Counted from the stretch's first letter, positions 1-12,216 are shown. The stretch is 32,000 nucleotides of DNA from Desulfobulbus propionicus DSM 2032 (GCF_000186885.1 NC_014972.1:870001-902000); one strand, 5' to 3'. Numbers and translations are program-made. Notes: generated by a model not told the origin, from the letters alone.

Positions 1-1
1 G

Positions 2-1960
2 AAATATGTAGCTCGTGATTCCGGTGCCTGTCTGTTGGCAGGCGGAGACGGCGTGGTTGAGGAGGCGGATGCTAATCGCATCGTGGTGCGATATGATCAG
101 CCAGGAGTGGATGGATTTGATACGGGTATTGGTGTCTATCATTTGTCCAAGTATAAAAAATCCAATCAAAACACATGCTTTAATCAAAAAGCTCTTGTGC
201 TTCCTGGGCAACGTGTTGTGAAGGGGACAGTCTTGGCAGATGGACCGTCCACGGAAGTCGGAGAACTCGCTTTGGGAAAAAATGTGACCATCGCGTTCAT
301 GCCCTGGCGAGGCTACAACTTTGAAGATTCCATCCTGATCAATGAGCGTTTACTTAAAGAAGATACCTTCACCTCCGTGCATATTGAAATCTTTGAAACA
401 ATGGCACGGGATACCAAGTTGGGAAAAGAAGAGATTACCCGCGATATTCCCAATGTCGGTGAGGAAGGACTCCGTAATCTCGATGATTCCGGTATTGTCC
501 GCATCGGGGCTGAGGTTCGCGCCGGTGACATGCTGGTCGGCAAGGTCACTCCGAAAGGCGAGAGTATGCTTTCGCCTGAAGAAAAATTGCTCCGGGCGAT
601 TTTTGGCGAGAAAGCCGGTGATGTAAAAGATTCCTCCTTGCGGGTACCGCCGGGAATCGAAGGAGTGGTGATCGACGCCAAAGTCTTTTCGAGAAAGGGA
701 GTCGACAAAGACGAGCGGACGCTGATGATCGAGGAAATGGAGATCGAACGCCTCAATCGGGACATGGAAGCCGAGCTGAGAAGTTTGAAAAACGGCGTGC
801 GCAACTCCCTGGCTGTTCTTCTCGAAGGTCGGACGGCTAAAAGTGATATCAAGGACAAGAAAGGAAAGATCATCCTTAAATTAGGCAAACAACTCACCGC
901 CAAGGTTGTCTCCCAAATTAGTTTCGCCGAACTCCATGACTTGGATTTTTCGGAAAGAGCCAAGTATGAGGACGAGATTGACGCGATCTTCAAACGCTAC
1001 AATACCCAGGCCTCCGTTGTTCGCGGGCGTTATCAGGGCATTGTTGAGCGTATGGAAAAAGGAGATGATCTGCCCCCCGGCGTGGTGAAAATGGTGAAAA
1101 TCTATGTGGCCACCAAGCGTAAACTGGCGGTTGGCGACAAAATGGCGGGGCGTCACGGCAATAAAGGTGTTGTTTCACGTCTGCTTCCCGAGGAGGATAT
1201 GCCCTTTTTTGCCGATGGAACTACTGTCGATATTGTGCTCAATCCCCTTGGCGTGCCTTCGCGAATGAATGTTGGCCAGGTGCTTGAATGCCATCTTGGT
1301 TTTGCCGCCAAAAGGCTGGGAGAACAACTCTCGGCTGTAGCGAAACAGAAGGAGGCCGCACGGCTCAAGCAAAGGTTGGCGCAGATTTATTCCCAAGAGG
1401 AGTATGCTCGATTAACTGAAGGACTCAGCGACGAGGAATTACTCGACATGATGTGCAAGTACGGCCATGGCATCCATGTGGCCACTCCGGTGTTCGACGG
1501 TGCTTCAGAGAATGAGATACGCCAGGCTCTCGTGGAAGCGGGTGTCGATGAGGTCGGGCAGTCAACATTGTACGACGGCCTGACCGGTGAACCTTTTGAT
1601 AACCAGGTAACGGTGGGCGTGATGTATATGCTTAAGCTGCACCATCTGGTGGACAACAAAATCCACGCCCGGTCAACCGGTCCCTATTCACTTGTCACTC
1701 AACAGCCCCTCGGCGGGAAAGCGCAGTTCGGCGGCCAGCGTTTGGGTGAGATGGAGGTTTGGGCCATGGAGGCCTATGGGGCGGCCTACACCCTCAAAGA
1801 ATTCTTGACGGTGAAATCGGACGATGTTGAAGGCCGGACGACGATGTATGAAAAAATCGTCAAAGGAAACAATTTCTTGGAAACAGGGTTGCCTGAATCA
1901 TTCCATGTTCTCGTCAAGGAATTGAAAGGGCTCTGCCTCGATATCGAATTGCTCGAGTAA
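2..1960 (+). CDS. rpoB: DNA-directed RNA polymerase beta subunit, C-terminal part (5' truncated by window edge; reading frame open from base 2)
   Basis: Translation begins [34 protein letters not shown]; contains [45 protein letters not shown] and [27 protein letters not shown]. The track start at 35 is an internal TTG. Confidence 0.98.
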   Translation, partial: KYVARDSGACLLAGGDGVVEEADANRIVVRYDQPGVDGFDTGIGVYHLSKYKKSNQNTCFNQKALVLPGQRVVKGTVLADGPSTEVGELALGKNVTIAFMPWRGYNFEDSILINERLLKEDTFTSVHIEIFETMARDTKLGKEEITRDIPNVGEEGLRNLDDSGIVRIGAEVRAGDMLVGKVTPKGESMLSPEEKLLRAIFGEKAGDVKDSSLRVPPGIEGVVIDAKVFSRKGVDKDERTLMIEEMEIERLNRDMEAELRSLKNGVRNSLAVLLEGRTAKSDIKDKKGKIILKLGKQLTAKVVSQISFAELHDLDFSERAKYEDEIDAIFKRYNTQASVVRGRYQGIVERMEKGDDLPPGVVKMVKIYVATKRKLAVGDKMAGRHGNKGVVSRLLPEEDMPFFADGTTVDIVLNPLGVPSRMNVGQVLECHLGFAAKRLGEQLSAVAKQKEAARLKQRLAQIYSQEEYARLTEGLSDEELLDMMCKYGHGIHVATPVFDGASENEIRQALVEAGVDEVGQSTLYDGLTGEPFDNQVTVGVMYMLKLHHLVDNKIHARSTGPYSLVTQQPLGGKAQFGGQRLGEMEVWAMEAYGAAYTLKEFLTVKSDDVEGRTTMYEKIVKGNNFLETGLPESFHVLVKELKGLCLDIELLE

Positions 1961-2050
1961 CACGGAAAGATCGCGGCTAAAAAATAGTCCAAGGAATGTT
2001 TGGTTTCTATCGTCCATACGGTTTGATTTGAAAAGAGAATAGGTGAATTC

Positions 2051-5000
2051 GTGGAAGAACTGTTTAGCTTCTTTGCAAAGCCGAAAGGTCCCGTCAGTTT
2101 TAACAAGGTGAAGATATCGCTCGCCTCACCGGATAAAATCAGGGAGTGGTCGCATGGAGAAGTCAAAAAGCCGGAGACCATCAATTACCGAACGTTCAAG
2201 CCTGAACGCGACGGCCTGTTCTGTGCCAAAATTTTCGGGCCAGTCAAGGATTACGAATGCAATTGCGGCAAGTACAAACGCATGAAGCACCGGGGCGTCG
2301 TCTGTGAAAAATGCGGCGTCGAGGTCATTCAATCCAAGGTTCGCCGAGAGCGTCTTGGTCATATTGAGTTAGCCGCTCCGGTAGCTCATATTTGGTTCCT
2401 GAAAAGTTTGCCGTCCAAGATTGGCGCGATCTTGGACATGACGCTCAAACAGCTGGAACGAATACTATATTTCGAATCCTATGCGGTCGTTGCTTCTGAA
2501 GTGGAAGATCTGCCGGTTGGGACCCTTCTGAGTGAAGACCAGTACCGTAGCGCTCTCGAAGAGCATCCGGGCAAGTTCAGGGTGGGCATCGGCGCAGAAG
2601 CTATCCGCGAAATGTTGATGGCCCTGGATCTCAAGGAGCTTTCAGAAACATTGCGCAAGGAGATGAAAGAAACAGGGTCGGTCACCAAACGCACTAAATA
2701 TGGCAAGCGGCTGAATGTGGTGGAAGCCTTTCGGGATTCTGGCAACCGCCCGGAATGGATGATCCTTGAGGTTATTCCGGTCCTGCCTCCTGATTTACGA
2801 CCATTGGTGCCTTTGGAAGGAGGCCGGTTTGCCACCTCAGATCTCAACGACCTGTATCGAAGGGTCATCAACCGCAACAATCGGCTGAAACGCCTTCTTG
2901 AATTGGATGCCCCTGATATCATCATCCGCAACGAAAAGCGGATGTTGCAGGAAGCTGTCGACGTTTTGTTCGACAACGGTCGGCGGGGACGAACCATTAC
3001 CGGACCGAACAAGCGGCCCCTTAAATCGCTATCCGACATGCTCAAGGGCAAGCAGGGGCGTTTTCGGCAAAATTTGTTGGGCAAGCGGGTCGATTATTCG
3101 GGACGTTCGGTTATTGTTGTCGGTCCCCACCTGCGGTTGCATCAGTGCGGTCTTCCCAAAAAGATGGCTCTTGAGCTGTTCAAGCCGTTTATCTACAATC
3201 AGCTTGAGCGAAAAGGGTATGTCACGACGATTAAAAGTGCCCGGAAGATGGTGGAAAAAGGCACCAAGGAAGTCTGGGACGTTCTCGATGATATCGTTCA
3301 GGAGTACCCGGTCATCCTCAACCGTGCCCCTACCCTTCACCGGTTGGGCATGCAGGCCTTTGAGGTGGTGCTGATCGAAGGAAAGGCCATTCAACTGCAT
3401 CCTCTTGTCTGTGCCGCGTTCAACGCCGATTTTGACGGCGACCAGATGGCCGTGCATGTACCTCTGTCGGTGGAAGCCCAGGTGGAAGCTCGGGTGTTGA
3501 TGATGTCGACAAACAACATCCTTTCGCCGGCCAATGGTGGTCCGATCATCATTCCAAGTCAGGATATTGTCCTTGGGTTGTACTACATGACCCGGGAGCG
3601 GTTTGGCGTGGCGGGCGAGGGGGCAATTTTCGGTTCTCCAGGCGAGGCACGGATTGCCTATGATCATGGCTCGGCCCATATGCAGGCTCGGGTCAAAGTC
3701 CGTATCAACGGTGCGCTGGTGGATACGACCATCGGCCGTATTCTGGTGGGTGAGCTGTTGCCGGCCGTGGTCCCTTTTTCGCTGGTCAACAAGGAACTGT
3801 CCAAGAAGGAACTGGCATTTCTCATCGACTATACCTACCGCCACGGAGGGACCAAGGAAACGGTTATCCTGGCGGATCGGTTGAAAGACCTTGGATATGA
3901 GTACGCCACCCGGGCCGGAATTTCCATCTGCATCAATGACATGAAGATCCCTGTCCGCAAGGAAGAGTTTGTCGAAGATGCCGAGAAGGAAGCCGCTGAT
4001 GTCGATCAGCAATATTCAGACGGTTTGATTACCGACGGCGAGAAATACAACAAAATTATCGACATTTGGTCAAAGGCCACCGACAAAATCACCAAAGAAA
4101 TGATGGATGAGATGGCGGTGGAATTCATGCCGGATACGACAGGGAAGATCCAGGAGATCAAGAGTTTCAATTCTGTGTATATCATGGCTGATTCTGGTGC
4201 CCGTGGGTCCAAGGATCAGATTCGTCAGCTCGCAGGCATGCGCGGACTGATGGCCAAGCCTTCAGGAGAAATCATCGAAACTCCGATCAAGGCGAATTTC
4301 CGCGAAGGCCTCAACGTTCTCGAATACTTTATTTCAACCCATGGTGCCCGTAAGGGATTGGCGGATACGGCCCTGAAGACCGCTAACTCCGGATATCTCA
4401 CTCGGCGACTGGTGGACGTCGCCCAGGATTCCACCATTGTGATGAAGGACTGCGGCACCATGCGCGGTATCCTGGCCGAACCCCTGATCGAGGGCGGTGA
4501 GGTGATTGTTCGGATTGGCGAACGCATCCTGGGTCGTGTTGCTCTCGAGGATGTGGTTGACCCGCACACTGGACAAATTTTGGTCGGGATGGATGAGGAG
4601 ATCACCGAAGACAAGGTCGAGGCGATTGAGGCAGCCGGCATTGATCGTGTCCATATCCGTTCGGTGCTGACCTGCGAGGCTAAACGCGGTGTTTGCGCCA
4701 TGTGTTATGGGCGTGACCTTGGCCGGGGACACATGGTCAATATCGGCGAAGCGGTGGGGATCATTGCTGCGCAATCGATCGGCGAGCCTGGTACCCAGCT
4801 GACCATGCGGACGTTCCATATCGGTGGTACCGCCCGAGGTGCCGTGGAACAGGCAGAGGTTCGCACCCAAAGGGGCGGACAGATTAAATACAAGAATCTG
4901 CATTCGGTTTCTAACAGCGAAGGGTATCAGGTGGTTATGAATCGCAATGCCGAGATCACGGTGTTGGATGACTTGGGGGTTGACCGGGAACGATTCCCTG

Positions 5001-6115
5001 TACCCTACGGGGCCACCTTGCGGATCAATGACGGTCAAGCGGTGGATCCGGGAACCGTTATAGCCGATTGGGATGCCTTCTCGATTCCTATTGTCGCTGA
5101 AGTGGGTGGCAAGGTGAAGTATGGCGATGTCGTGGAAGGTGATTCGATGCAGGAGCGTGTTGATCAGATAACCGGTAAGGCCAGTAAGGTGATCACGCCT
5201 GTGAGTTCGACCAAACAGATGAATCCTCGTATTTCCATCAAAGATGATCGTGGACGGACTCTCAAGTTGCCTGATGGGGAACTTGCTGCTCGCTATCCGT
5301 TGCCAGTCGGATCGATCATCACGGTCAATGAACACGATATCATTGCCGCAGGCACCGTCATTGCCAAAATTCCACGGGAAACCACCAAAACAAAGGACAT
5401 CACCGGTGGTTTGCCTCGGGTCGCTGAACTGTTTGAAGTGCGCAAACCGAAAGAACAGGCCATCATTTCCGAAATTGATGGCCGCGTGAGCTTTGGCAAG
5501 GATTTGAAAGGCAAAAGGCGAGTAATCGTCACTCCGGAAATCGGTGAAGCCAAGGAGTATTTAATTCCCAAATCGAAACACATAACTGTCCATGAGAATG
5601 ATCGCGTTGAGGCGGGCGATCCGTTAATGGAAGGGATTCGCCTGCCCAATGATATTCTCCGTGTCAAGGGAGCCGAGGCCCTTGCGCGATTTTTGGTTAA
5701 TGAAATCCAGGAAGTTTATCGTTTGCAAGGTGTAAAGATCAACGATAAACACATTGAAACCATTGTTCGGCAAATGTTGAAGCGTGTCCGCATCACCGAT
5801 GCAGGGGATTCGAGATTTATGCTTGATCAGCAGGTTGAATGGTGGAAATTTCAAGAGGAAAACGAGCGGTTGTTGCAGGAAGGGTTACAACCGGCTGCGG
5901 CCGAGCCATTGTTGCTCGGCGTGACCAAGGCGTCGCTCTCCACCGATTCCTTCATTTCGGCTGCTTCATTTCAGGAGACGACCAAGGTGCTGACCAACGC
6001 TGCGATGGCTGGGAAAATTGATGATCTTTCCGGATTAAAGGAAAACGTCATTATGGGGCGGTTAATTTCGGCGGGTACGGGATTAAAGAAATACCGCTTT
6101 AATCAAGATAACTAA
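2051..6115 (+). CDS. rpoC: DNA-directed RNA polymerase beta' subunit, 1354 aa, GTG start
   Basis: [23 protein letters not shown] zinc site, catalytic [16 protein letters not shown], second cysteine cluster [16 protein letters not shown]; directly follows rpoB. Confidence 0.98.
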   Translation: MEELFSFFAKPKGPVSFNKVKISLASPDKIREWSHGEVKKPETINYRTFKPERDGLFCAKIFGPVKDYECNCGKYKRMKHRGVVCEKCGVEVIQSKVRRERLGHIELAAPVAHIWFLKSLPSKIGAILDMTLKQLERILYFESYAVVASEVEDLPVGTLLSEDQYRSALEEHPGKFRVGIGAEAIREMLMALDLKELSETLRKEMKETGSVTKRTKYGKRLNVVEAFRDSGNRPEWMILEVIPVLPPDLRPLVPLEGGRFATSDLNDLYRRVINRNNRLKRLLELDAPDIIIRNEKRMLQEAVDVLFDNGRRGRTITGPNKRPLKSLSDMLKGKQGRFRQNLLGKRVDYSGRSVIVVGPHLRLHQCGLPKKMALELFKPFIYNQLERKGYVTTIKSARKMVEKGTKEVWDVLDDIVQEYPVILNRAPTLHRLGMQAFEVVLIEGKAIQLHPLVCAAFNADFDGDQMAVHVPLSVEAQVEARVLMMSTNNILSPANGGPIIIPSQDIVLGLYYMTRERFGVAGEGAIFGSPGEARIAYDHGSAHMQARVKVRINGALVDTTIGRILVGELLPAVVPFSLVNKELSKKELAFLIDYTYRHGGTKETVILADRLKDLGYEYATRAGISICINDMKIPVRKEEFVEDAEKEAADVDQQYSDGLITDGEKYNKIIDIWSKATDKITKEMMDEMAVEFMPDTTGKIQEIKSFNSVYIMADSGARGSKDQIRQLAGMRGLMAKPSGEIIETPIKANFREGLNVLEYFISTHGARKGLADTALKTANSGYLTRRLVDVAQDSTIVMKDCGTMRGILAEPLIEGGEVIVRIGERILGRVALEDVVDPHTGQILVGMDEEITEDKVEAIEAAGIDRVHIRSVLTCEAKRGVCAMCYGRDLGRGHMVNIGEAVGIIAAQSIGEPGTQLTMRTFHIGGTARGAVEQAEVRTQRGGQIKYKNLHSVSNSEGYQVVMNRNAEITVLDDLGVDRERFPVPYGATLRINDGQAVDPGTVIADWDAFSIPIVAEVGGKVKYGDVVEGDSMQERVDQITGKASKVITPVSSTKQMNPRISIKDDRGRTLKLPDGELAARYPLPVGSIITVNEHDIIAAGTVIAKIPRETTKTKDITGGLPRVAELFEVRKPKEQAIISEIDGRVSFGKDLKGKRRVIVTPEIGEAKEYLIPKSKHITVHENDRVEAGDPLMEGIRLPNDILRVKGAEALARFLVNEIQEVYRLQGVKINDKHIETIVRQMLKRVRITDAGDSRFMLDQQVEWWKFQEENERLLQEGLQPAAAEPLLLGVTKASLSTDSFISAASFQETTKVLTNAAMAGKIDDLSGLKENVIMGRLISAGTGLKKYRFNQDN

Positions 6116-6172
6116 AGAAGATAAAACTTGACCTTTTCAATTTCATCGATTAAACAAATCCTCTTCATGCTC

Positions 6173-6195
6173 GCCCGAGTTCTGTGAACTCGGGC
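6173..6195 (+). promoter_or_regulatory. Perfect 10-bp hairpin with 3-nt loop in the rpoC-rpsL spacer (GCCCGAGTTC-TGT-GAACTCGGGC)
   Basis: 6173-6182 is the exact reverse complement of 6186-6195; T5 run at 6203-6207. Confidence 0.7.
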
Positions 6196-6225
6196 TTGAA
6201 TGTTTTTCTAAAAGGAGCTGCTTGC

Positions 6226-6597
6226 ATGCCCACGATTAATCAACTTGTCAGGAATAGGCGCAAAAAAATCACCAAACGCACTAACACGCCCGCGTTGCAA
6301 AACTGCCCACAGAAGCGGGGTGTATGTGTGCGTGTGTATACAACGACGCCCAAGAAACCGAATTCGGCGTTGCGGAAGGTGGCAAGGGTCCGCCTGACCA
6401 ACGGGATTGAGGTGACGTCATATATTCCGGGTATAGGTCACAATCTGCAGGAGCACTCGGTTGTGCTCATTCGCGGCGGCCGCGTCAAGGATTTACCGGG
6501 TGTGCGGTATCACATCATTCGCGGTACGCTTGATACGCTCGGCGTGAACGACCGTCGCCAGGGCCGTTCCAAGTATGGCGCCAAGCGTCCTAAATAA
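6226..6597 (+). CDS. rpsL: 30S ribosomal protein S12, 123 aa
   Basis: [14 protein letters not shown]...[34 protein letters not shown]; AAAGGAG SD upstream; ATG at 6226 preferred over the track start 6184. Confidence 0.98.
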   Translation: MPTINQLVRNRRKKITKRTNTPALQNCPQKRGVCVRVYTTTPKKPNSALRKVARVRLTNGIEVTSYIPGIGHNLQEHSVVLIRGGRVKDLPGVRYHIIRGTLDTLGVNDRRQGRSKYGAKRPK

Positions 6598-6628
6598 TTT
6601 CTGTACATGATTGACAGCGAGTTCGCGT

Positions 6629-7102
6629 ATGCCAAGAAAAAAAATGTTAGATAAGCGTCCTGTTGCGCCGGATCCCAAGTTTAATTCTGTTCTGGTTGCA
6701 AAGTTCACTAATGGCCTGATGGTCAACGGCAAGAAAACCGTCGCTCGGAGGCTGTTTTACGATGCCATGGAAATCATTGGGGGAAAGCTCGCCGATCAGG
6801 AGCCGTTGACGGTCTTTGAGGAGGCGATGGAAAACGTTCGTCCTCGGGTTGAGGTGAAAAGTCGCCGTGTTGGCGGCGCTACGTATCAGGTGCCTGTTGA
6901 GGTGCGTCCTGAGCGAAGAAATGCGTTGGCTATCCGTTGGATCATTAATTTTTCCAAGAACCGCTCTGGGCAGACCATGTCCGAAAAGTTGGCTGCCGAG
7001 TTGCTTGATGCGTTTAACAATCGCGGCGCCTCGGTGAAAAAGAAAGACGACACGCACAAAATGGCTGAGGCTAATAAAGCCTTTGCTCATTATCGCTGGT
7101 AG
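6629..7102 (+). CDS. rpsG: 30S ribosomal protein S7, 157 aa
   Basis: [47 protein letters not shown]...; ATG at 6629 preferred over TTG 6611. Confidence 0.96.
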   Translation: MPRKKMLDKRPVAPDPKFNSVLVAKFTNGLMVNGKKTVARRLFYDAMEIIGGKLADQEPLTVFEEAMENVRPRVEVKSRRVGGATYQVPVEVRPERRNALAIRWIINFSKNRSGQTMSEKLAAELLDAFNNRGASVKKKDDTHKMAEANKAFAHYRW

Positions 7103-7104
7103 GT

Positions 7105-7133
7105 TTGACCATTGCATTTTGATTGCCTATAGG
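7105..7133 (+). promoter_or_regulatory. Candidate sigma70-type promoter P1 for fusA: TTGACC-17 nt-TATAGG
   Basis: TTGACC at 7105-7110 (5/6), 17-nt spacer, TATAGG at 7128-7133 (4/6). Confidence 0.4.
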
Positions 7134-7141
7134 AAAAAAGC

Positions 7142-7170
7142 TTGACATGTGCCAGGAGGTGCTGTATTAG
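7142..7170 (+). promoter_or_regulatory. Candidate sigma70-type promoter P2 for fusA: TTGACA-17 nt-TATTAG
   Basis: Perfect TTGACA at 7142-7147, 17-nt spacer, TATTAG at 7165-7170 (4/6), in the long rpsG-fusA spacer. Confidence 0.55.
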
Positions 7171-7185
7171 CAGCATTTCTTGCGC

Positions 7186-7224
7186 GGCCTCCTTGGTGAT
7201 GGATAGATAAAATTTAAGGAGGCC
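7186..7224 (+). promoter_or_regulatory. Perfect 9-bp inverted repeat enclosing the fusA Shine-Dalgarno (GGCCTCCTT ... AAGGAGGCC)
   Basis: GGCCTCCTT 7186-7194 is the exact reverse complement of AAGGAGGCC 7216-7224; 21-nt loop; GTG start at 7228. Confidence 0.7.
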
Positions 7225-7227
7225 TGA

Positions 7228-9306
7228 GTGGCAACGGAAAACCCGTTAATCCGTGTGCGTAATATTGGCATAATGGCCCATATTGACGCCGGAAAAACAA
7301 CGACGACTGAACGTATTCTTTTTTATACGGGGCGGTCGCACAAGTTAGGTGAAGTCCATGATGGAACAGCCGTCATGGATTGGATGGAGCAGGAGCAAGA
7401 GCGGGGTATAACTATCACCTCCGCTGCGACAACTTGTTTTTGGCAGGGGTATCAGATCAACGTAATAGATACCCCCGGGCATGTAGACTTTACAGTAGAA
7501 GTCGAACGGTGCTTGAGGGTCTTAGACGGCGTTGTCGCCGTCTTTTGTGCGGTTGGTGGAGTTGAGCCGCAGTCGGAAACAGTGTGGCGGCAAGCGGATC
7601 GATATAAAATTCCCCGCATTGCCTTTGTCAATAAAATGGACCGAGTTGGGGCTTCATTTTCACGGTGCCTCGATCAATTGGAAAGCCAACTTGGGGCGTC
7701 TCCGGTTGCAATAACGCTTCCGGTTGGTAGTGAAGATCAGTTCGTTGGTGTTGTCGATCTGATCGATCAAAAACTGCTCAAATTTGATGATGCCTCCATG
7801 GGGCAGGTTGTCACCGAAGAGGCAGTGCCGGATTCATTAAAACAAGATTCATCGGCTGCGAGAATGGCGCTCGTCGAGAAGCTGGCCGACTTCGATGAGA
7901 GCGTCATGGAAAAATTTTTAAACGATCAAGAGATCGCTCCTGGTGAGATTCGGGCAGCGCTTCGCAATGCAACGCTTGCCCTGAATGTAGTGCCAGTGCT
8001 TTGTGGTTCAGCATTCAGAAACAAGGGGGTGCAACCCTTGTTGGATGCCATCACTTGGTATTTGCCATCACCCGTTGATGTTCCCCCGGTGGAGGGGACG
8101 GATAAGGACGGTGCGCCGCTTATCCGCAAGCCTGAAAGGAGTGAAAAATTTTGCGGCTTGGTGTTTAAGCTGCAAAGCGATCCGTATGTGGGAAATCTTT
8201 CCTTTATCCGTGTGTATTCAGGTGAACTGAAAGCCGGGGAAAAGGTATTTAACCCACGCAAACATAAAACGGAAAAGATCTCGAAACTGCTCAAGCTGCA
8301 TGCAAACAAACGGGAAGAAGTTTCCAGTATTGTTGCAGGCGATATCGGTGCTATTGCTGGGCTGAAATTTACCCGGACTGGCGATACGCTGTGCGAAAAC
8401 GGCGATTTCATTGTGCTTGAAACCATCGTTTTCCCGGAACCTGTTATTGGTGTGGCCATAGAACCGAAAACCAAGGCAGATGAAAAGCTCCTTGCTGATA
8501 CCTTGGAAAAAATTGCGCACGAGGATCCAAGTTTCAAAGTCACTGTTTCAGAGGAGACTGGACAGACTATAATTTCAGGAATGGGAGAGTTGCACCTTGA
8601 AATTATTGTCGATCGCTTGATCCGAGAGTTCAAGGTTGAGGCTAATGTCGGGCGGCCCCAGGTATCCTATCGAGAAACAGTCACCAGAAATTCTCGAGCT
8701 GAAGGTCGATTTGAAACGCTGGGCGGTGGGAAAGAGCAATACGGGCACGTTGAAGTTGAAATAGCTCCTGGGGCGAAGGGGAGCGGCAAACAATTCAACT
8801 GTTTGGTTGATGAAACCCAGATACCTGTTCGCTTTGTTGAATCAATAAAAAAAGGCGTGCTCGATAGTTTGGATTCAGGGCCAATTATCGGATATCCGAT
8901 GCTTGACGTGAATGTCAAGCTTGTTGGCGGCTCCTATGATGAGGAGAAGTCAACCGAGATGGCCTTCGGTGTAGCAGCTACTATGGCATGCAGGAAGGCG
9001 GCGGATCAGGCTGCCCCGGTTCTTTTGGAGCCCATCATGGAGCTGGAAATCGTAACTCCTGATGAATATTTGGGTGATGTCATTAATGATCTCAACAGAA
9101 AAAGGGCCCAAATCAACGGTGTGCATGCGGAAAACGGGAGGCAAGTAGTTCGAGGAAAGGCTCCATTGGCCGAATTGTTCGGATTCTCGACAGATCTTCG
9201 CTCGGCTACGCAAGGGCGAGCAACTTTTACAATGCTTTTCAGTGAATTTGCGGAAGTACCCGCTCGACGAGCTGAGGCAATAATTCATAAGATTAAAGGC
9301 GTATAA
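7228..9306 (+). CDS. fusA: Elongation factor G, 692 aa, GTG start
   Basis: [59 protein letters not shown]; located between rpsG and tuf. Confidence 0.98.
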   Translation: MATENPLIRVRNIGIMAHIDAGKTTTTERILFYTGRSHKLGEVHDGTAVMDWMEQEQERGITITSAATTCFWQGYQINVIDTPGHVDFTVEVERCLRVLDGVVAVFCAVGGVEPQSETVWRQADRYKIPRIAFVNKMDRVGASFSRCLDQLESQLGASPVAITLPVGSEDQFVGVVDLIDQKLLKFDDASMGQVVTEEAVPDSLKQDSSAARMALVEKLADFDESVMEKFLNDQEIAPGEIRAALRNATLALNVVPVLCGSAFRNKGVQPLLDAITWYLPSPVDVPPVEGTDKDGAPLIRKPERSEKFCGLVFKLQSDPYVGNLSFIRVYSGELKAGEKVFNPRKHKTEKISKLLKLHANKREEVSSIVAGDIGAIAGLKFTRTGDTLCENGDFIVLETIVFPEPVIGVAIEPKTKADEKLLADTLEKIAHEDPSFKVTVSEETGQTIISGMGELHLEIIVDRLIREFKVEANVGRPQVSYRETVTRNSRAEGRFETLGGGKEQYGHVEVEIAPGAKGSGKQFNCLVDETQIPVRFVESIKKGVLDSLDSGPIIGYPMLDVNVKLVGGSYDEEKSTEMAFGVAATMACRKAADQAAPVLLEPIMELEIVTPDEYLGDVINDLNRKRAQINGVHAENGRQVVRGKAPLAELFGFSTDLRSATQGRATFTMLFSEFAEVPARRAEAIIHKIKGV

Positions 9307-9337
9307 CTATTATAGCATAGCCGATTGAGGTGCATGA

Positions 9338-10528
9338 ATGGCGAAGGAAAAATTTGAGCGGACAAAGCCGCATGTCAATGTAGGAACAATCGGTCACATT
9401 GACCATGGCAAGACGACCTTAACGGCGGCGATCACTCGGGTGTTGTCGACCAAGGGCATGGCCAAGTTCACTGACTTCAGCGAGATTGACAAGGCGCCGG
9501 AAGAGAAGGAGCGCGGCATTACCATCGCGACCGCACATGTCGAATACGAAACGCCAACCCGCCATTATGCCCATGTGGACTGTCCTGGCCATGCGGACTA
9601 TATCAAGAACATGATCACTGGTGCCGCCCAGATGGATGGCGCGATTCTCGTGGTTGCGGCAACCGACGGTCCGATGCCGCAAACTAGGGAGCACATCCTT
9701 CTTGCCCGTCAGGTTGGTGTGCCGGCAATGGTCGTCTTTTTGAACAAGTGCGACATGGTCGATGATCCGGAATTGATCGAGCTGGTCGAGATGGAGCTTC
9801 GCGAGTTGCTCGATAAATACGATTTCCCCGGTGACGAGATTCCGATTATCCAGGGGTCGGCGCTGAATGCACTTGAGTTTCCGGAAGACGAGGTCAAGGC
9901 CAAGTGCATCTGGGATCTGATGGAGGCGGTTGACAGCTACATTCCGCAGCCCGAGCGAGCCATTGATAAGCCGTTCCTGATGCCTGTTGAGGACGTCTTT
10001 TCCATCTCTGGGCGTGGTACGGTTGCCACGGGCCGAATTGAGCGTGGTGTGATTCACGTGGGCGACGAGGTGGAGATCGTCGGGATTCGCCCGACCGCGA
10101 AAACCACTTGTACCGGTGTCGAGATGTTTCGCAAATTGCTTGATGAGGGGCAGGCCGGCGATAATATTGGCGCCTTGCTTCGCGGTGTCAAGCGCGAAGA
10201 GATTGTCCGTGGTCAGGTGCTAGCCAAGCCGGGTTCGATCAAGCCGCACAAGAAATTCAAAGCAGAAGCCTATATATTGACCAAGGAAGAGGGCGGTCGG
10301 CATACCCCCTTCTTTAATGGGTATCGTCCACAGTTTTATTTCCGGACAACCGATGTGACCGGTGTGTGTACGCTTGAGGAGGGTGTGGAGATGGTTATGC
10401 CTGGTGATAATATCCATATCACCGGTGAATTGATCACGCCGATCGCCATGGAGGCTGGTTTGCGATTTGCCATCCGGGAAGGTGGGCGCACGGTAGGCGC
10501 AGGCGTTATCAGCGAAATTATCGAATAA
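9338..10528 (+). CDS. tuf: Elongation factor Tu, 396 aa
   Basis: [82 protein letters not shown]. Confidence 0.99.
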   Translation: MAKEKFERTKPHVNVGTIGHIDHGKTTLTAAITRVLSTKGMAKFTDFSEIDKAPEEKERGITIATAHVEYETPTRHYAHVDCPGHADYIKNMITGAAQMDGAILVVAATDGPMPQTREHILLARQVGVPAMVVFLNKCDMVDDPELIELVEMELRELLDKYDFPGDEIPIIQGSALNALEFPEDEVKAKCIWDLMEAVDSYIPQPERAIDKPFLMPVEDVFSISGRGTVATGRIERGVIHVGDEVEIVGIRPTAKTTCTGVEMFRKLLDEGQAGDNIGALLRGVKREEIVRGQVLAKPGSIKPHKKFKAEAYILTKEEGGRHTPFFNGYRPQFYFRTTDVTGVCTLEEGVEMVMPGDNIHITGELITPIAMEAGLRFAIREGGRTVGAGVISEIIE

Positions 10529-10538
10529 AAGGAGATTT

Positions 10539-10853
10539 ATGATTCCTACAGATAAAATTCGGATCAGGCTCAAAGGATATGATCATAAACTGCTTGATCT
10601 TTCTACCCGTGAAATAGTGGATACCGCACGACGGACAGGCGCAACGGTTGTTGGTCCTATCCCACTGCCTACTAGTACTAATAAATTCACAGTGCTGCGA
10701 TCACCGCATGTGGATAAAAAGTCGCGCGAACAGTTCGAGATGCGGACACATCGTCGCTTGCTGGATATTCTCGAACCCACGCAGCAAACTATTGATTCTC
10801 TCATGAAACTAGAGTTGTCTGCTGGCGTTGATGTGGAAATCAAACTTCCCTGA
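10539..10853 (+). CDS. rpsJ: 30S ribosomal protein S10, 104 aa
   Basis: [39 protein letters not shown]. Confidence 0.98.
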   Translation: MIPTDKIRIRLKGYDHKLLDLSTREIVDTARRTGATVVGPIPLPTSTNKFTVLRSPHVDKKSREQFEMRTHRRLLDILEPTQQTIDSLMKLELSAGVDVEIKLP

Positions 10854-10931
10854 TGAGTGTAGCCTAGGCTAATAACTGATTGATTAAATGATAATCGCGC
10901 ACGTGATTACGAATTGAATTCAGGTAGACAA

Positions 10932-11564
10932 ATGCCGAATACAAAAGGAATTTTAGGACGGAAACTAGGAATGACTCGGGTCTATGACGAAAATGGCCGA
11001 TCAATCCCGGTGACTGTTATTGAAGCTGGACCATGTACCATTCTTCAAAAGAAGACTGTAGAGAAAGAAGGGTATAACGCCATTCAGGTTGGTTTTTTGG
11101 AAAAAAAAGAAACTCGGATGAATAAACCTGAAGTAGGACACTGTAAACGATCAGGAGGAAAGGGATTTTATTATATCAAGGAATTCCGAGTAACTAATCC
11201 TGATGTTTATGAGGTCGGGCAGCAAATCACCGTGTCCGAGATCGTTTCTATAGGTGATCTTGTTGATATTTCAGGGAAAAGTAAGGGGCGAGGTTTTCAA
11301 GGGGTCATTAAACGTCACGGTTTTGCAGGTGGGCGGACCACTCATGGCTCCGACTTTCATCGAGCTCCCGGATCAATCGGTTGTAGTGCATGGCCATCCA
11401 GGGTTTTAAAAGGAAAGAAGTTACCAGGGCGAATGGGTAACGAATCAATGACTCAAAAGAATTTGAGAATTATTGATATTCGAAACGAGGATAACGTTTT
11501 GCTTGTTCGCGGTACTGTTCCAGGGGCAAAAAACGGATTGCTTAATATCTATTCAAAGGGCTAA
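10932..11564 (+). CDS. rplC: 50S ribosomal protein L3, 210 aa
   Basis: GILGRKLGMTRVYDENG..., GRGFQGVIKRHGFAGGRTTHGS..HRAPGSIG, KGKKLPGRMG; ATG at 10932 preferred over the track start 10914. Confidence 0.96.
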   Translation: MPNTKGILGRKLGMTRVYDENGRSIPVTVIEAGPCTILQKKTVEKEGYNAIQVGFLEKKETRMNKPEVGHCKRSGGKGFYYIKEFRVTNPDVYEVGQQITVSEIVSIGDLVDISGKSKGRGFQGVIKRHGFAGGRTTHGSDFHRAPGSIGCSAWPSRVLKGKKLPGRMGNESMTQKNLRIIDIRNEDNVLLVRGTVPGAKNGLLNIYSKG

Positions 11565-11592
11565 TCCCTGGTCAGCGCATAAGGAGATTTTC

Positions 11593-12216
11593 ATGGCAAC
11601 TTGTGATATTTACAATACTCGCGCTGAAAAAGTAGGCGAGATTGACCTGAATGAATCATTGTTTAACCTTGAGGTCAATACGGGCATTCTTCATGAAGTA
11701 GTATGTATGCAACGTGCTAATCGACGAAGCGGAAATGCATGCACAAAAACCCGAGGTGAGGTGAGTGGCGGCGGGGCTAAGCCTTGGCGCCAGAAGGGAA
11801 CCGGCCGGGCCCGATCGGGCAGTCGAACATCCCCGGTGTGGCGTGGAGGCGGTACTGTTTTTGGTCCTAAACCGAGGGATTATAGTTATTCGATGCCAAA
11901 AAAGGTCAAGAGACTTGCCCTTAAAATGGCCATGAGTGCACGTTGTCAAGAAGGAAATATTGTTATCGTTGATCAATTCGATTTGCCTGCAGTTAAGACC
12001 AAAGAGTTTCTCAAAGTCATGACAAATTTCCAATTTGAGAATTGTCTTGTCGTTACCGCTGAATCCGAAGACAATCTCGGATTGTCTGCTCGAAACGCGG
12101 TTGGTTTCAAGGTCCTGCCAGTTGCTGGTTTAAATGTTTATGATATCCTTAAGCATTCTAAATTGATGATACTTCAATCAAGTCTGGCTAAAATTGAAGA
12201 GAGGTTAATGGCATGA
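11593..12216 (+). CDS. rplD: 50S ribosomal protein L4, 207 aa
   Basis: [30 protein letters not shown]-type core ([48 protein letters not shown]); AAGGAG SD before ATG 11593. Confidence 0.96.
   Translation: MATCDIYNTRAEKVGEIDLNESLFNLEVNTGILHEVVCMQRANRRSGNACTKTRGEVSGGGAKPWRQKGTGRARSGSRTSPVWRGGGTVFGPKPRDYSYSMPKKVKRLALKMAMSARCQEGNIVIVDQFDLPAVKTKEFLKVMTNFQFENCLVVTAESEDNLGLSARNAVGFKVLPVAGLNVYDILKHSKLMILQSSLAKIEERLMA

Noticed and set aside
1961-2050. rpoB-rpoC spacer as a regulatory element
   Set aside because: No convincing inverted repeat, T-run or promoter pair was found by eye.
4334-5335. 333 aa minus-strand ORF opposite rpoC (also 3029-4012)
   Set aside because: Fully overlaps highly conserved rpoC coding sequence; no recognisable protein motifs; a typical shadow ORF.
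7926-8633. 235 aa minus-strand ORF opposite fusA (with 8667-8918 and others)
   Set aside because: Antisense to conserved EF-G coding sequence with no plausible family; low-complexity Ser/Pro-rich translation.
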